Assembly: GCA_029775855.1 (NCBI GenBank)
Contig: JARVJZ010000006.1
Coordinates: forward strand, 116,570 to 180,569
Origin: Nitrososphaeria archaeon
GTDB taxonomy: Archaea > Thermoproteota > Nitrososphaeria > Nitrososphaerales > JAAOZN01
Length of the DNA: 64,000 nucleotides
Reading direction: 5' to 3'
Positions 49,597 to 62,363 of the stretch are shown here, piece by piece. Under the pieces are notes generated by a model. The model was not told the origin of the DNA. It worked only from the letters and a program-made list of their open reading frames with translations, and made no database searches. The number at the start of each line of letters is the position of its first letter. Within the stretch, counting starts at the first letter, position 1. The translations under genes and the position numbers were made by a program.

Positions 49597-51379
49597 CCCG
49601 AGCTAAATAGTAGTATGAGCCAGATGACTTCTGAAACCTATCGAGCTTGCTTCCAGGCTTATTCACCCTAGGTCTTCCCGATTCAACATCTCGACGGTAT
49701 GTGATGCCAAGACTCTTCAAGAAGAGGTTCATACCATCTTCTTTAGAGAGGGCTGGTGAAACTCTACCTTCTACAGCAGGCTTCCCAGTGAATATTAGGA
49801 GGCGATCTGAGACGATATCTATGAGCTGAATATCGTGGTCCACTACGAGTGCTGATTTGCCTTCAGCTTTAACGAATCTGTTTATCGCCTTTGCTAATAT
49901 GAACCTATCTTCTACATCGATGAAGGCTGATGGTTCGTCGAGGGCATAAATGTCAGCGTCTTGTAGGAGGCAAGCTGCTATTGCCACCTTCTGCAGCTCA
50001 CCGCCACTCAGATCTCTGACCTGCTTATCAAGTAGCTTTGTTATGCCGAGAGGTTGGATTATCTGGCTCTGATACAGTCCTGAGTCTATTTTGCCGTTTG
50101 AAGCTTTATCCAATAGTGTTCTTACATCTCCATCTACATCTGAGTTTAGATATTGTGGCTTGTAGGAGATTTTGGCGGTTATGGTTAGGCTGCCTTCATC
50201 TGGCTGCTCCACGCCAGCAATCAGCTTAAGGAAGGTGGATTTACCTAAAGCGTTTGCGCCTAGTATACCTATAACTTCACCTTTTTTAACCTCGCCTTCA
50301 TCGACTCTAAGTGTGAAACCAGGGTAATTTTTCACAATCTGTGTGTAGCTGGCTACAGGATACTGTGCATCTACTTTATCTATCGGCGCTGTGGTGTCGA
50401 ATTTGATAGGTCTGTCTCTGAATCTGATGTTTTCCTCTGGTATATAGCCGTCAAGTAGTATGTTTATGCCAACTCTTGAGGTCTGCACCTTTGAAACTAT
50501 GCCATAAACTCCAGGCTCACCATACAGTATGTGGATGTAGTCGCTTAAGTAGTCAAGTAAGGTTAGATCGTGTTCAGCAACTATAACAGATTTACCCTCT
50601 GAGGCAAGGCTTCTTATCACCTCTGCTACAGCCATCCTTTGGTAAACATCGTTGTATGAGGAGGGCTCGTCGAAGAAGTAGACTTCAGCGTCTTTAGAGG
50701 CTGCAACGGCAACAGCGAGCCTTTGACACTCGCCTCCACTCATCTCTGAGACTGATTTATTTAGTGCTTCTTTGAGGTTAAGCGCTTCAGCAAGCTTATC
50801 AGCAGCTCCCTTTTCGTCATAAGTCTTAAGAAGCTCTTTACCAGTTCCTTTCCACACTTTTGAAAGAAGGTATACGGCTTGGGGCTTTACAGAGATCTTG
50901 ATGCTCTTTGAAGCGATCTTCTCAAAGTATTCTTTTAGCTCTGTGCCCTTAAACGCTTCAATTATTTTATCCCAGTCTGGTGCTGCATCATAATATCCGA
51001 GGTTGGGTTTAAGCGCCCCTGAGAGAATTTTAATGGTTGTGCTCTTGCCTACACCATTCTTACCTACTAACCCAACTACCGCGCCTTTTCTTGGTATAGG
51101 GAGTCTGAATAACCTGTATCCGTTTACACCAAATTGATGTATCTTCTCTTCTTTTAGCTGTTCAGCGAGGTTAACTATAGTTATGGCTTCAAAGGGGCAT
51201 TTTTTGACGCAGATTCCGCATCCTGTGCAGAGCTCTTCGCTTATGACAGCCTTACCATCATCATTCAAAATTATGCATTCGCTTCCACCTTTGTTAACTG
51301 GGCAGAACTTTATACATTCAAGCCCGCATTTCCTAGAGTGGCAGTTATCAAGATCTACTACAGCGACTCTGTGAACCAT
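49583..51379 (-). CDS. ribosome recycling ATPase ABCE1/RLI
   Basis: N-terminal 2x4Fe-4S (C..C...CP, CTGCGICVKKCP) and two ABC domains. ATG at 51379. Confidence 0.96.
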   Translation of the reverse strand: MVHRVAVVDLDNCHSRKCGLECIKFCPVNKGGSECIILNDDGKAVISEELCTGCGICVKKCPFEAITIVNLAEQLKEEKIHQFGVNGYRLFRLPIPRKGAVVGLVGKNGVGKSTTIKILSGALKPNLGYYDAAPDWDKIIEAFKGTELKEYFEKIASKSIKISVKPQAVYLLSKVWKGTGKELLKTYDEKGAADKLAEALNLKEALNKSVSEMSGGECQRLAVAVAASKDAEVYFFDEPSSYNDVYQRMAVAEVIRSLASEGKSVIVAEHDLTLLDYLSDYIHILYGEPGVYGIVSKVQTSRVGINILLDGYIPEENIRFRDRPIKFDTTAPIDKVDAQYPVASYTQIVKNYPGFTLRVDEGEVKKGEVIGILGANALGKSTFLKLIAGVEQPDEGSLTITAKISYKPQYLNSDVDGDVRTLLDKASNGKIDSGLYQSQIIQPLGITKLLDKQVRDLSGGELQKVAIAACLLQDADIYALDEPSAFIDVEDRFILAKAINRFVKAEGKSALVVDHDIQLIDIVSDRLLIFTGKPAVEGRVSPALSKEDGMNLFLKSLGITYRRDVESGRPRVNKPGSKLDRFQKSSGSYYYLARGAAE

Positions 51380-51461
51380 TTGAAGAGCACCTTTTAATAC
51401 TGAAGTGTTCAAGATATGTTATTACATATCCAAACTATGTAAATGTATTGCAATCAGAGCT

Positions 51462-52073
51462 TTATTTGGAAAATCGTTCTTTAAATTTTTCGATGAGCTT
51501 GATGAAGTGTTCTTTAGAGCTTCCAAGGACTTTGGCGACATCTTCAACAGTTTTTTGAGGGTCTTTGCCCTCTAAAATATGCGTAATCAGAAGGTCTGTA
51601 TCTGTTAAGCTGTGCTTACTAAAAAGGGCTTGCTTCACAGCGTTTAACTCAACCAGCTTCCTATGTATACGATGCTCCTTAGTTTTTAACGCTTTGAGCC
51701 TTCTCTTCAGTAAATATATTTCGTCATCTACCTCTTGAAGCGCTTCAGCAAACTTTTTCCCCTCAAACTCGTAGCTGATATCAGCGATTACTGTAGACTT
51801 TGCAGCATTAATACAGAAGGAGTCTAGGCTCCGATCTGAATATAAGTTGACATCAACATATTTTGCCAAGAAGATCATCTGTTTCCCAAACTCTTCTAAT
51901 TCAACAGTCTTAACTAACCCATACTTTTCTAAGACCTTAAGATGCTTAATAACAGCTTGTGGGGTAACTGATAGGAGTGAGGCTAGCTCTTGCATTGTAT
52001 GTGGTCGAGAAGCAAGTATACCCAAGATCTTGAGCCTAGTAGGCGAACACGCTACCTTAATTATATCAGCCAA
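51462..52073 (-). CDS. ArsR-type wHTH regulator, HSR1/Phr-like heat-shock repressor
   Basis: TRLKIL..L, ELASLLSVTPQAVIKHLKVLE..GLV, C-terminal coiled coil; divergent from hsp20-cdc48. Confidence 0.7.
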   Translation of the reverse strand: MADIIKVACSPTRLKILGILASRPHTMQELASLLSVTPQAVIKHLKVLEKYGLVKTVELEEFGKQMIFLAKYVDVNLYSDRSLDSFCINAAKSTVIADISYEFEGKKFAEALQEVDDEIYLLKRRLKALKTKEHRIHRKLVELNAVKQALFSKHSLTDTDLLITHILEGKDPQKTVEDVAKVLGSSKEHFIKLIEKFKERFSK

Positions 52074-52258
52074 ATATGCATCTGTAGATAGGTGATGGGT
52101 GGATGCTTATAAAAGATAGGTGATTCACATATTCATCTATGTTTAAATTTATTGCCTAAGAAGACACTTCATACCTTATTAATTAAGCACTCTGTGAATA
52201 TTTACTATATTTTTCGATGCGAAAATCAATTTTACACTTAAAATAATGGTGCATAACA

Positions 52259-52298
52259 TTTATATTTTTGTTAACCGATAGTTATTAACTGGTGGTTA
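52259..52298 (+). promoter_or_regulatory. hsp20 promoter: TATA box plus two tandem TAAC-N5-GTTA operators
   Basis: TTTATA at 52259-52264; TAAC-CGATA-GTTA at 52272-52284; TAAC-TGGTG-GTTA at 52286-52298; ATG at 52301. Confidence 0.7.
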
Positions 52299-52300
52299 AA

Positions 52301-52807
52301 ATGTTCGACGAAAGAAGAAGGTTTAGAGACATACTAGATGAGATCGACAAGCTGATGGCTGAGATGGAGCGTGAAATCGAAGACTCCCTAAAAAACTTCC
52401 TTAAATTCGAGGGAAGTAGCTTTAACAAACCCATCATCTACGGTTTCTCCATGAGCCTAGACCCAGAAGGCACACCAACCTTCAGAACCTTTGGCAACCT
52501 TAAACCAGGGCTAGGGGGCTACAGAGAGCCGGTCAGCGACCAGATCTTAGATGAGCAGCGTGGTGAGTTGAGGCTAGTAGTTGAGCTGCCAGGTGTTGAG
52601 AAGAGCGATATACATATTCAAGCCTTAGAGGACACCGTCAGCTTGTCTGCTGAGCGGGGAGAGCGCAAGTATAAGGCAGAGATACCTTTGAGGGCTAAGG
52701 TTGATCCAACGAAGGCTAAGGCGAATTTCCAGAACGGTGTGCTGGAAATACTCTTCCCACTTAAAGAGAAGACTAATAAAGGGTTCTACAAGATTAATAT
52801 AGAGTAG
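52301..52807 (+). CDS. hsp20: archaeal small heat shock protein Hsp20
   Basis: PIIYGFSM..DPEG.P.FR.FGN, ELPGVEK, A.F.NGVLEI. Confidence 0.93.
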   Translation: MFDERRRFRDILDEIDKLMAEMEREIEDSLKNFLKFEGSSFNKPIIYGFSMSLDPEGTPTFRTFGNLKPGLGGYREPVSDQILDEQRGELRLVVELPGVEKSDIHIQALEDTVSLSAERGERKYKAEIPLRAKVDPTKAKANFQNGVLEILFPLKEKTNKGFYKINIE

Positions 52808-52822
52808 TTGGGCGTGACATAG

Positions 52823-54988
<2,166 letters not shown>

Positions 54989-54997
54989 AGACCAGCT

Positions 54998-56905
54998 TCA
55001 CCCACTCTTTTCTTCTATTGTCTGTTTGATTTCTTCTTGTAGGAGTATGCTGAGCCTCTTACCATCTACTTTACCCCTTAGATCCCGCATCAATTCACCC
55101 ATTAATGCGCTGAAGGCTCCTTGACCTCTAGATCTTATTAGCTGCTTATTCTTTTCCACCAACTCTTTCACCCTCTTCTTAACCTCCTCTTCTGTAAAGG
55201 GTGTTAAACCGAGCTGTTCAGCAGCTTCCTTTGGGGTCTTAGCTTCACCTCGCAGAATCTTTTCTAAGATTGCAGGCACCCCCTCTTTTGATATCTCCAT
55301 CTTGTCTACGAGTATAAAGACTTCTTTTATGGTCTGCTCGCTCAAGTTTTCCGTCTTTAACCCTAAGCGGGAGAGGCTGACTAAGGTTTCAGTTAAGGTT
55401 GCGGCTACAAAGCTCGGTTGAACCTTGGTTTCTTTGATTATCAGCTCGAATAGCTTTAGGTACTCTGAGTCGCAGATTTGTGAAGCTAGCTTCAGGCTTA
55501 AACCATATTTTGATGCATATTCTTTGATAGTTTCATCCCAAGGCTTCGGTATTACTGCACGGAGCCTCTCAACCCTCTCTTCTGAGATTGGTAGAGGTGG
55601 TATATCTGTCTCAGGATACATCCTTGCTGGACCGGGTCTTGGTCTTATGAATCGTGTTGTTCCTTCAGGGGTTGGTCCCCGTGTTTCTGGTGGCACACCT
55701 TTTACAGCAGCCCTTGCTCTTTCTATGATGGCTGCTACAACATCTTCTAGTGTACTTTTGTCTCCAGCTACTATGATGAAAGCATCTTCATCTCTTAGGT
55801 TAAGTGCTACTCTTACATTCTTCACCTCTTCCTCTGATATGCCGTATGCTGGGAGCTCATCTGAGTGGAAGATTCCTCCTACACCGTAGAATCTGACTAA
55901 GTCTGCGAATTCTTTTCCGAGTCTTATGTTAGGATGCTCCTCTAGTTTAAGTAGCCCTTTGAAGCCGCGTAGCGCTACACCTATGACTGAGCCGCCTGAG
56001 TCTACGACTCTTTTGATGATCTTGCTTGAAGACTGCTTGAAGACCGAGTTTAACTCCTTTACCTCACCTACCGCTTCTTCAACTTTTACACCTCTGCTTT
56101 GAAGGGTTTGGGCTATTTTTGCAAGGAAGTGCTGCCTCTTTGCCTCAAAGTCAACGATCTTTGAGATTAACTCTAGATTTTGAACACCTTTAACTTCAAC
56201 TACTGAGCCTCCTTGAATTGAGATGTTTATGTCTTGTCTAATTGTCCCTAAGCCCCTCATAACCCTTCCTGTGGAGCGCATCACCCTACCTAATGTATAC
56301 GCTACTTCCTGAACCTCATCTGGTGTGGCTGTGAAAGGTGCTAACGCGACTTCAACTAAAGGCACACAGAGTCTATCTAAACCATAATTCCGCACACCTT
56401 CAGATTCATTAAGAAGCCTAGCCGCATCTTCCTCTAAGCAGACGGTCTGGACTGGAATCTCTCCTATAGGTGTTTTAAGCACCCCTCCTAAAGCAACTAT
56501 CGCAGTTCTCTGGAAGCCGGTGGTGTTTGAGCCATCGATCACAATCTTCCTCATAACATGCAATTCATCTACTGGTGTTGAGCTTAGAGTTAGGGCTATG
56601 ATAAGCGCTGTATCTACCGCTTCTTCATTTATTGGGTGAGGAGGCTCTTCATCAGCCTCAACAAGGCAGGCTGAATGCGCTCCAGCGTGATATTTGAAAG
56701 GTTTTCTCTTTTTAAACTCGAATAAAGCTGCTGGGTCGACTTGCCCAAGTTCGCTTTGTGAGGGTCTGAGCCTTCTCTCAAATTTTGGTGTCTGATGTTC
56801 TTCGTCTATCGGCTTGCAGTCGCAGAAGAGCTTTGCTTTAGTGGCTAGCTGTTGGTGTATCTCTAAACCTACTAACAACCCTATCTCTTTATAGAAGCTG
56901 CTCAA
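54998..56905 (-). CDS. gatE: Glu-tRNA(Gln) amidotransferase subunit E
   Basis: GLEIHQQL, MRKIVIDGSNTTGFQRT, RGLGTIRQD, RMYPETD. Confidence 0.96.
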   Translation of the reverse strand: MSSFYKEIGLLVGLEIHQQLATKAKLFCDCKPIDEEHQTPKFERRLRPSQSELGQVDPAALFEFKKRKPFKYHAGAHSACLVEADEEPPHPINEEAVDTALIIALTLSSTPVDELHVMRKIVIDGSNTTGFQRTAIVALGGVLKTPIGEIPVQTVCLEEDAARLLNESEGVRNYGLDRLCVPLVEVALAPFTATPDEVQEVAYTLGRVMRSTGRVMRGLGTIRQDINISIQGGSVVEVKGVQNLELISKIVDFEAKRQHFLAKIAQTLQSRGVKVEEAVGEVKELNSVFKQSSSKIIKRVVDSGGSVIGVALRGFKGLLKLEEHPNIRLGKEFADLVRFYGVGGIFHSDELPAYGISEEEVKNVRVALNLRDEDAFIIVAGDKSTLEDVVAAIIERARAAVKGVPPETRGPTPEGTTRFIRPRPGPARMYPETDIPPLPISEERVERLRAVIPKPWDETIKEYASKYGLSLKLASQICDSEYLKLFELIIKETKVQPSFVAATLTETLVSLSRLGLKTENLSEQTIKEVFILVDKMEISKEGVPAILEKILRGEAKTPKEAAEQLGLTPFTEEEVKKRVKELVEKNKQLIRSRGQGAFSALMGELMRDLRGKVDGKRLSILLQEEIKQTIEEKSG

Positions 56906-58232
56906 ACCCTCTTCTCTCCTCTATAGTTAGGCGTTGAACCATTTCGCCTACAAGGTCTTTGAGCATAAGTTCCCTTGCTTCCTCTAAGGTCTTTGTGTTG
57001 CCTAAGACCCACATCATCTTAACCAAGGCAACTTCGGGAAAGAGTGTATCTAGTGGTAGCACACCTATGTTGAGCAGATCTCTGCCTGTGTCGTAGACGG
57101 TCATTCTTACTCTACCCCAGATGCACTGTGAACACATCCCAACCAAAACACCTTTACCAACAGCTCTTTTTATTGAATCGTAGCAATAGTGCCCTACATG
57201 CCCTAACCCAGTACCCTCTAATACCAAGCCTCTAACACCCTTATCCACCAAATAATCTATTAATGTAGCATCGAAGTTAGGATGAAACTTAAGCAGAGCA
57301 ACCTGCTCCTCAAATCTGGCAGAGGGTCTAAAATCCGTGGATTCACCTCTCGGCGGAAGATTGGAAGTGACTTGCTGAATCACTCCATCCTTAACATAGG
57401 CTACAGGGCTTCTATTTATCGACTGGAAGGCATCTCTTCTGCTTGTATGATTCTTCCTTACAGAGGCTGCGTGGTGAACAGCTATTACATCATCACTCAA
57501 CCCAGCGTGCATAGCTACATAAACTCCTGAGAAGGTAGCTTTAGAGGCAACTGATACTGCTGCTAAAAGGTTTGTAGCCGCGTCAGAAGACGGTCTATCT
57601 GAAGAGCGCTGTGCACCAACTAAAACGACTGGCACAGGTATGCCCTTTAGAGCAAATGAGAGAGCTGCGGCTGTGTAGCCCATGGTGTCGGTTCCGTGTG
57701 TGACTACTACACCCCTATACCCTTTATATAGTGAGGATGCGATGTGTTCAGCTATCTTACACCAGTGTTCGGCTCTTAAGTTTTCGCTAAATACGCTGAA
57801 CAGAACTTCGGCATCAACCTGTGCTATTTCTGCTATTTCTGGTATGGAGGTATAGAGGTCTTCTGCCGTCAAAGCTGGGTGGACTCCTCCTGTTCTGTAG
57901 TCTATTCTGCTCGCTATTGTGCCTCCTGTGCTTAGTATGAGTACTTTAGGTAGGTCTTTGCTGAACTTGGGGAGTAGGGCTGGTGTGTATTTTGGCTTCT
58001 CTCCTTCTGCTATCTTAGTTATGCTACGAACCTTCTTAATTGATATTCCAATGTTATATCCGTTTTTAAGCTTGATAACTATATGATGGTTATCAGCCAA
58101 CTCGTATCTGGGCATCAGATATCCTTCAAAAGATGTAGCGTTGGTCTCCACTTTCACAAGGTCTCCTATCGAGAGACCAGCATTCTCAAGTAGAGATAGA
58201 GCTTCACCCCTGTAGCCCGCTAGCTCACCCAT
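56889..58232 (-). CDS. gatD: Glu-tRNA(Gln) amidotransferase subunit D
   Basis: KLKNGYNIG, TGGTIASRIDY.TG, HGTDT, QRSSDRPSSD. Confidence 0.96.
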   Translation of the reverse strand: MGELAGYRGEALSLLENAGLSIGDLVKVETNATSFEGYLMPRYELADNHHIVIKLKNGYNIGISIKKVRSITKIAEGEKPKYTPALLPKFSKDLPKVLILSTGGTIASRIDYRTGGVHPALTAEDLYTSIPEIAEIAQVDAEVLFSVFSENLRAEHWCKIAEHIASSLYKGYRGVVVTHGTDTMGYTAAALSFALKGIPVPVVLVGAQRSSDRPSSDAATNLLAAVSVASKATFSGVYVAMHAGLSDDVIAVHHAASVRKNHTSRRDAFQSINRSPVAYVKDGVIQQVTSNLPPRGESTDFRPSARFEEQVALLKFHPNFDATLIDYLVDKGVRGLVLEGTGLGHVGHYCYDSIKRAVGKGVLVGMCSQCIWGRVRMTVYDTGRDLLNIGVLPLDTLFPEVALVKMMWVLGNTKTLEEARELMLKDLVGEMVQRLTIEERRGFEQLL

Positions 58233-58296
58233 AGCCTCTGGTTGGTGAGAGTAGAAGATAAGAGTTTTTCAAAAAATGGAGAGGTGCCTTCGCAGC

Positions 58297-59085
58297 CTAC
58301 TCTATCAGAAAAGTGGCTGACACACTTACAGTGATTTGAGACTCTCCAGGCATTATGTAGGTGTCTTTTGCTACTGCTTCTGCTGCGAGGGCTGTTCTGG
58401 TTGGTAGATATATACCTCCTATTGTAAGGCTCTTTAAGCCTATTACCTTTGTGCCCGCTGCAGCTGCAGCTACTTCAGCTTGAGTTTTTGCGTCTTGAAC
58501 CGCTAGTGTGAGGGCTTCTGACTTTAGAGCCTTGGCTTTTTCGTTTGATACTTGGAAGGTTAATGAGTTGATGATGTTTGCGCCTGAGGTTATTGCTTTC
58601 TCAACTACTTCACCTACTTTGCTTAAGTCTTGCACAGTTATTGTTAGTGTGTTTCTCGCAATGTAGCCTATGATTTTTAGACCCGTTTTTTCTTCTCGTA
58701 TGGGGGTTAAGAATAGACCTGATGTCTTCATATGCTCATCTTTTATTCCAAGTTCCTTCATAGCTTTGATGATGGAAGCCATTTTCCTCGTAGCTTCTTC
58801 TTGCGCTAAAGTGGCTGATGTGTTTGAGGCTTCTACTGTGACTTGCACAACCGCTTCATCTGGAGTGGTGTAGACTACACCCATACCGTTCACATAGATT
58901 ACCCGTTCACTGCCCTCGGATGCTACAGCTCTTGTGATGATTCTAGATTCAAGGTATCCGAGCAGGCTTTCTGTTTGAGTTGTGTAGAGTTGGGTTGTTG
59001 TGTATGCTGCGAAGGCTGCTATCACTATCACACCTGCTAAGATTATGCCTATCCAAGTTAAGGTTGGTTTGCTCACAGCATTCAC
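58297..59085 (-). CDS. SIMPL (DUF541) domain protein
   Basis: N-terminal TM, V.G.G.V...PD.A, A..AV.DAK..A, PGE..I.V.V. Confidence 0.88.
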   Translation of the reverse strand: MNAVSKPTLTWIGIILAGVIVIAAFAAYTTTQLYTTQTESLLGYLESRIITRAVASEGSERVIYVNGMGVVYTTPDEAVVQVTVEASNTSATLAQEEATRKMASIIKAMKELGIKDEHMKTSGLFLTPIREEKTGLKIIGYIARNTLTITVQDLSKVGEVVEKAITSGANIINSLTFQVSNEKAKALKSEALTLAVQDAKTQAEVAAAAAGTKVIGLKSLTIGGIYLPTRTALAAEAVAKDTYIMPGESQITVSVSATFLIE

Positions 59086-59215
59086 CTACCTAACTATACT
59101 ACAGATAGGTAGTAAACGATATCGAATAGAACCGTTTGTTCTACATTTTAAAACACATTTTGCTCTCAACGCTTAAAAACTGGTAGCTCAAAACCGATGT
59201 CGAGTAAGGTCAAAT

Positions 59216-60709
59216 ATGCAACCACTCCATCTACTTGAGAAGAAGATTTTAAGAGCGTTAAGCGAGGTAGGTCAAGCAGATTTAGAGGGGTTAATTTCAT
59301 CTTCTAAACTAAGCGAAGACCAAGTTAGAAGAGCGATAGAGTGGCTTCAAGCAAAAGGTTTCATACAACTTAACACGACGCAGAAGAATCTAATTGCACT
59401 TGGCTCTAAAGGGTTAGAAGCACTTAAAGAAGGGCTGCCTGAGCGTAGACTCATACAACACCTAAAGAAAGGCGTAAAGAACCTAGTTGAATTGAAGGGT
59501 TTATTCAAAGACGAACAAGAGTTCAGCGCATCCTTAGGCAGAGCCAAAAGGAGGGGCTGGATCAAGATAACGAACGATTGTGTAGAGCTGGTAAACGAGC
59601 CCAGCAGACTACCTGAGGAAGATTTGCTCGAGAAGTTAAGTGTTAAGCAGAATGTGGAGGAAGAGGAGTTAGTCAAAGACAAGGTGCTCTATGAAGGTGT
59701 AAAAGAGCTCCTGAGCAGACCCAACTACCTATCTAAAAAAGTCGTTAAGAAGGTTCAAGTAAGCCTAACAGAGCAAGGTAAAGCAGCCTTAAAGAGCATA
59801 GTCGAGGAAGAAGAGCTAGACGCTCTAACCCCAGAAACAATAATCTCAGGTATATGGAGGCAGAAGCGCCTTAGAGCAATAGATGTAGAGGCGCCAGCAC
59901 CACCAATCTACGCTGGAAGAAGACACCCTGTTCAACTATTCATAGATGAAGTTAGAGAAATCTTCATCTCTATGGGGTTTGAGGAAATAGAGGGTTCACT
60001 AATACAACCTTGCTTCTGGAACTTTGATGCACTCTTTACACCACAAGACCACCCTGCTAGGGAGATGCAAGACACATTCTACATAAAAGGCGTGGCTCAG
60101 AACTACGCTGATAAAGAAGAAATCGCAAAGGTCTCTGCAACCCACAAAGACGGGTGGAGAACAGGCTCAAGAGGCTGGGGCTACAACTGGCGAGAAGACG
60201 AAGCAAAAAAGCTTGTTCTCAGAACCCACACAACATCCATAACAGTAAGATACCTTGCTGAGCATAAACCAAAAGAAGCAAGAGTATTTACAGTTGGAAG
60301 AGTATTCAGAAACGAAAAAGTAACCTTCAAGAACCTAGTTGAATTCCACCAGATAGAGGGTATAGCGGTAGGACCAAGACTTACACTAAGGGACCTAATG
60401 GGTCTGCTCTCAACCTTCTATAGGAGGCTGGGGCTAGAGAAAGTGAAGTTTTGGCCCACATTCTTCCCCTATACTGAGCCATCTATGCAGTCTGTAGTCT
60501 ACTATGATAAAGCTGGTAAATGGATTGAGCTCTGTGGCATGGGGATCTTTAGACCAGAGGTGACACTACCTTTTGGTGTAAAGAATCCGGTGTTGGCTTG
60601 GGGCGGGGGTTTAGAGAGGTTGGTTATGATGAAATATGATTTGGATGATGTAAGAGAGCTTTACGCAAATAGGCTGAGCTGGTTAAGGAGGAGCCCACTT
60701 TGCCTGTAG
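59216..60709 (+). CDS. pheS: phenylalanine--tRNA ligase alpha subunit
   Basis: WNFDALF.PQDHPAREMQDTF, LRTHTT, FRNE, FPYTEPS, WG.GLERL. Confidence 0.96.
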   Translation: MQPLHLLEKKILRALSEVGQADLEGLISSSKLSEDQVRRAIEWLQAKGFIQLNTTQKNLIALGSKGLEALKEGLPERRLIQHLKKGVKNLVELKGLFKDEQEFSASLGRAKRRGWIKITNDCVELVNEPSRLPEEDLLEKLSVKQNVEEEELVKDKVLYEGVKELLSRPNYLSKKVVKKVQVSLTEQGKAALKSIVEEEELDALTPETIISGIWRQKRLRAIDVEAPAPPIYAGRRHPVQLFIDEVREIFISMGFEEIEGSLIQPCFWNFDALFTPQDHPAREMQDTFYIKGVAQNYADKEEIAKVSATHKDGWRTGSRGWGYNWREDEAKKLVLRTHTTSITVRYLAEHKPKEARVFTVGRVFRNEKVTFKNLVEFHQIEGIAVGPRLTLRDLMGLLSTFYRRLGLEKVKFWPTFFPYTEPSMQSVVYYDKAGKWIELCGMGIFRPEVTLPFGVKNPVLAWGGGLERLVMMKYDLDDVRELYANRLSWLRRSPLCL

Positions 60710-62361
60710 TAACCGTATATTATGACAGGCTTAGAAGACTGATGAACACAAGCGACATAGAAGCTTGTATAGAGCGTCTACCATACCTAGGGTTAGACAT
60801 AGAGGAGCGTGCTCAAGACTACATAAGAGTGGAGTATAACCCCAATAGACCAGACTTCTCAACAGATTACGGCATAGCAAGGGCTTTAAAAGGGCTCCTT
60901 GGGTTGGAGAAGGGCTGCCCAAGATACACTGTGCACAAAAGCAACCTTCTGGTTCAAGTAGACCCAAGCGTAAAAGATGTTAGACCATACATAGTCTCAA
61001 CACTAATAGAAGGTATCACTTTAGACGACGAGACGATAAGGCAGATCATAGCGATGCAAGAAGATCTGCATCACACAATAGGGCGAAGAAGGGCAAAAGT
61101 TTCAATAGGCATACATAACTTCGATGTTCTCCAGCCCCCAATCATCTACACAACTGAAACGCCTGAATTCAGATTCATACCTCTAGGCGGAGTTGAACCC
61201 CTATCTATGAAGGAGATTCTTGAAAAGACTTCTGTAGGTCAGAAATATGGCTGGATAGTCTCAAAGTATCCACGCTACCCCATACTGATAGATTCGCTTG
61301 GTCAAGTGCTCTCATTCCCACCTATAATCAACGGCGAACTGACCAGACTAACACCAGCTACAAGAAACTTATTCATAGACATAACGGCAACAGACTTAAA
61401 GGCTGCTGAAGACACACTAGCCATACTTACAACAACACTAGCAGACGCAGGAAGCAAAATTAACTCAGCTGAAATACACTACACAGATGGGAGCATAGTT
61501 ACACCTAACCTCGCTGAGACAGAGATGAAGATTGAATTAAGGCGTGTAAATAGGCTGCTTGGGCTTAAGCTAAGTGGTGAAGAAGCTGTAGAATGCTTGG
61601 CTCGAAGCAGAATAGACGCAACCTACACAAACAGTTGGCTTAAGACTAAGATACCAAGATACAGAATAGATTTGATGCACCCAGTAGACCTTGTAGAGGA
61701 GGTCGCAATAGGCTACGGCTTAGATAGACTTACACCTACACTCCCCCCCTCAACAAGTGTAGGCAGAGCTCATCCTGAACTCAAAAGACTCTCTTTGATA
61801 AGAGAGGTGTGTGTTGGACTTGGTTTAACAGAGGTTATGAACCTTAGCCTCACAAGCGAAGCAACCCTATACACCAACCTACAAAGGGAAGCAAGCAGCG
61901 CCATAAAGGTAGAGGAACCTAAGAGTGGTGAACATGAATATCTAAGGGACATGCTCATACCAACCCTACTATCAAACCTATCAACCAACATCCACGAACC
62001 ATATCCGCAGAAACTCTTTGAAATCGCCAAAACCTTCCAAAGAAGAGGAGAAGAAATATACGAAGAATACCATGTAGCGGTAGTCACATCACATTCGGAA
62101 GCAAACTACACAGAAGCAAAGTCGCTACTCGACGCACTACTGCAACAAAGCTTAGGAATCAAATGCGAAACAAAGCCAGCAGTCAACCCCCTCTTCGTAG
62201 AGGGAAGGTGTGCCGAAATCAGAAAAGACAACCTAAAGGGAGTAATTGGAGAAATAAAACCAGAAGTACTACAAGCATTCCACCTCAGAATGCCAACAGC
62301 AGCATTCGAACTAAACATAAACCAAAACACACATCATATAAATAACAACACCCACAAATAA
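60700..62361 (+). CDS. pheT: phenylalanine--tRNA ligase beta subunit
   Basis: PNRPDF, RPYI, SFPPIIN, R.DLMHPVDLVEEVAIGYG. Confidence 0.96.
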   Translation: MPVVTVYYDRLRRLMNTSDIEACIERLPYLGLDIEERAQDYIRVEYNPNRPDFSTDYGIARALKGLLGLEKGCPRYTVHKSNLLVQVDPSVKDVRPYIVSTLIEGITLDDETIRQIIAMQEDLHHTIGRRRAKVSIGIHNFDVLQPPIIYTTETPEFRFIPLGGVEPLSMKEILEKTSVGQKYGWIVSKYPRYPILIDSLGQVLSFPPIINGELTRLTPATRNLFIDITATDLKAAEDTLAILTTTLADAGSKINSAEIHYTDGSIVTPNLAETEMKIELRRVNRLLGLKLSGEEAVECLARSRIDATYTNSWLKTKIPRYRIDLMHPVDLVEEVAIGYGLDRLTPTLPPSTSVGRAHPELKRLSLIREVCVGLGLTEVMNLSLTSEATLYTNLQREASSAIKVEEPKSGEHEYLRDMLIPTLLSNLSTNIHEPYPQKLFEIAKTFQRRGEEIYEEYHVAVVTSHSEANYTEAKSLLDALLQQSLGIKCETKPAVNPLFVEGRCAEIRKDNLKGVIGEIKPEVLQAFHLRMPTAAFELNINQNTHHINNNTHK

Positions 62362-62363
62362 TA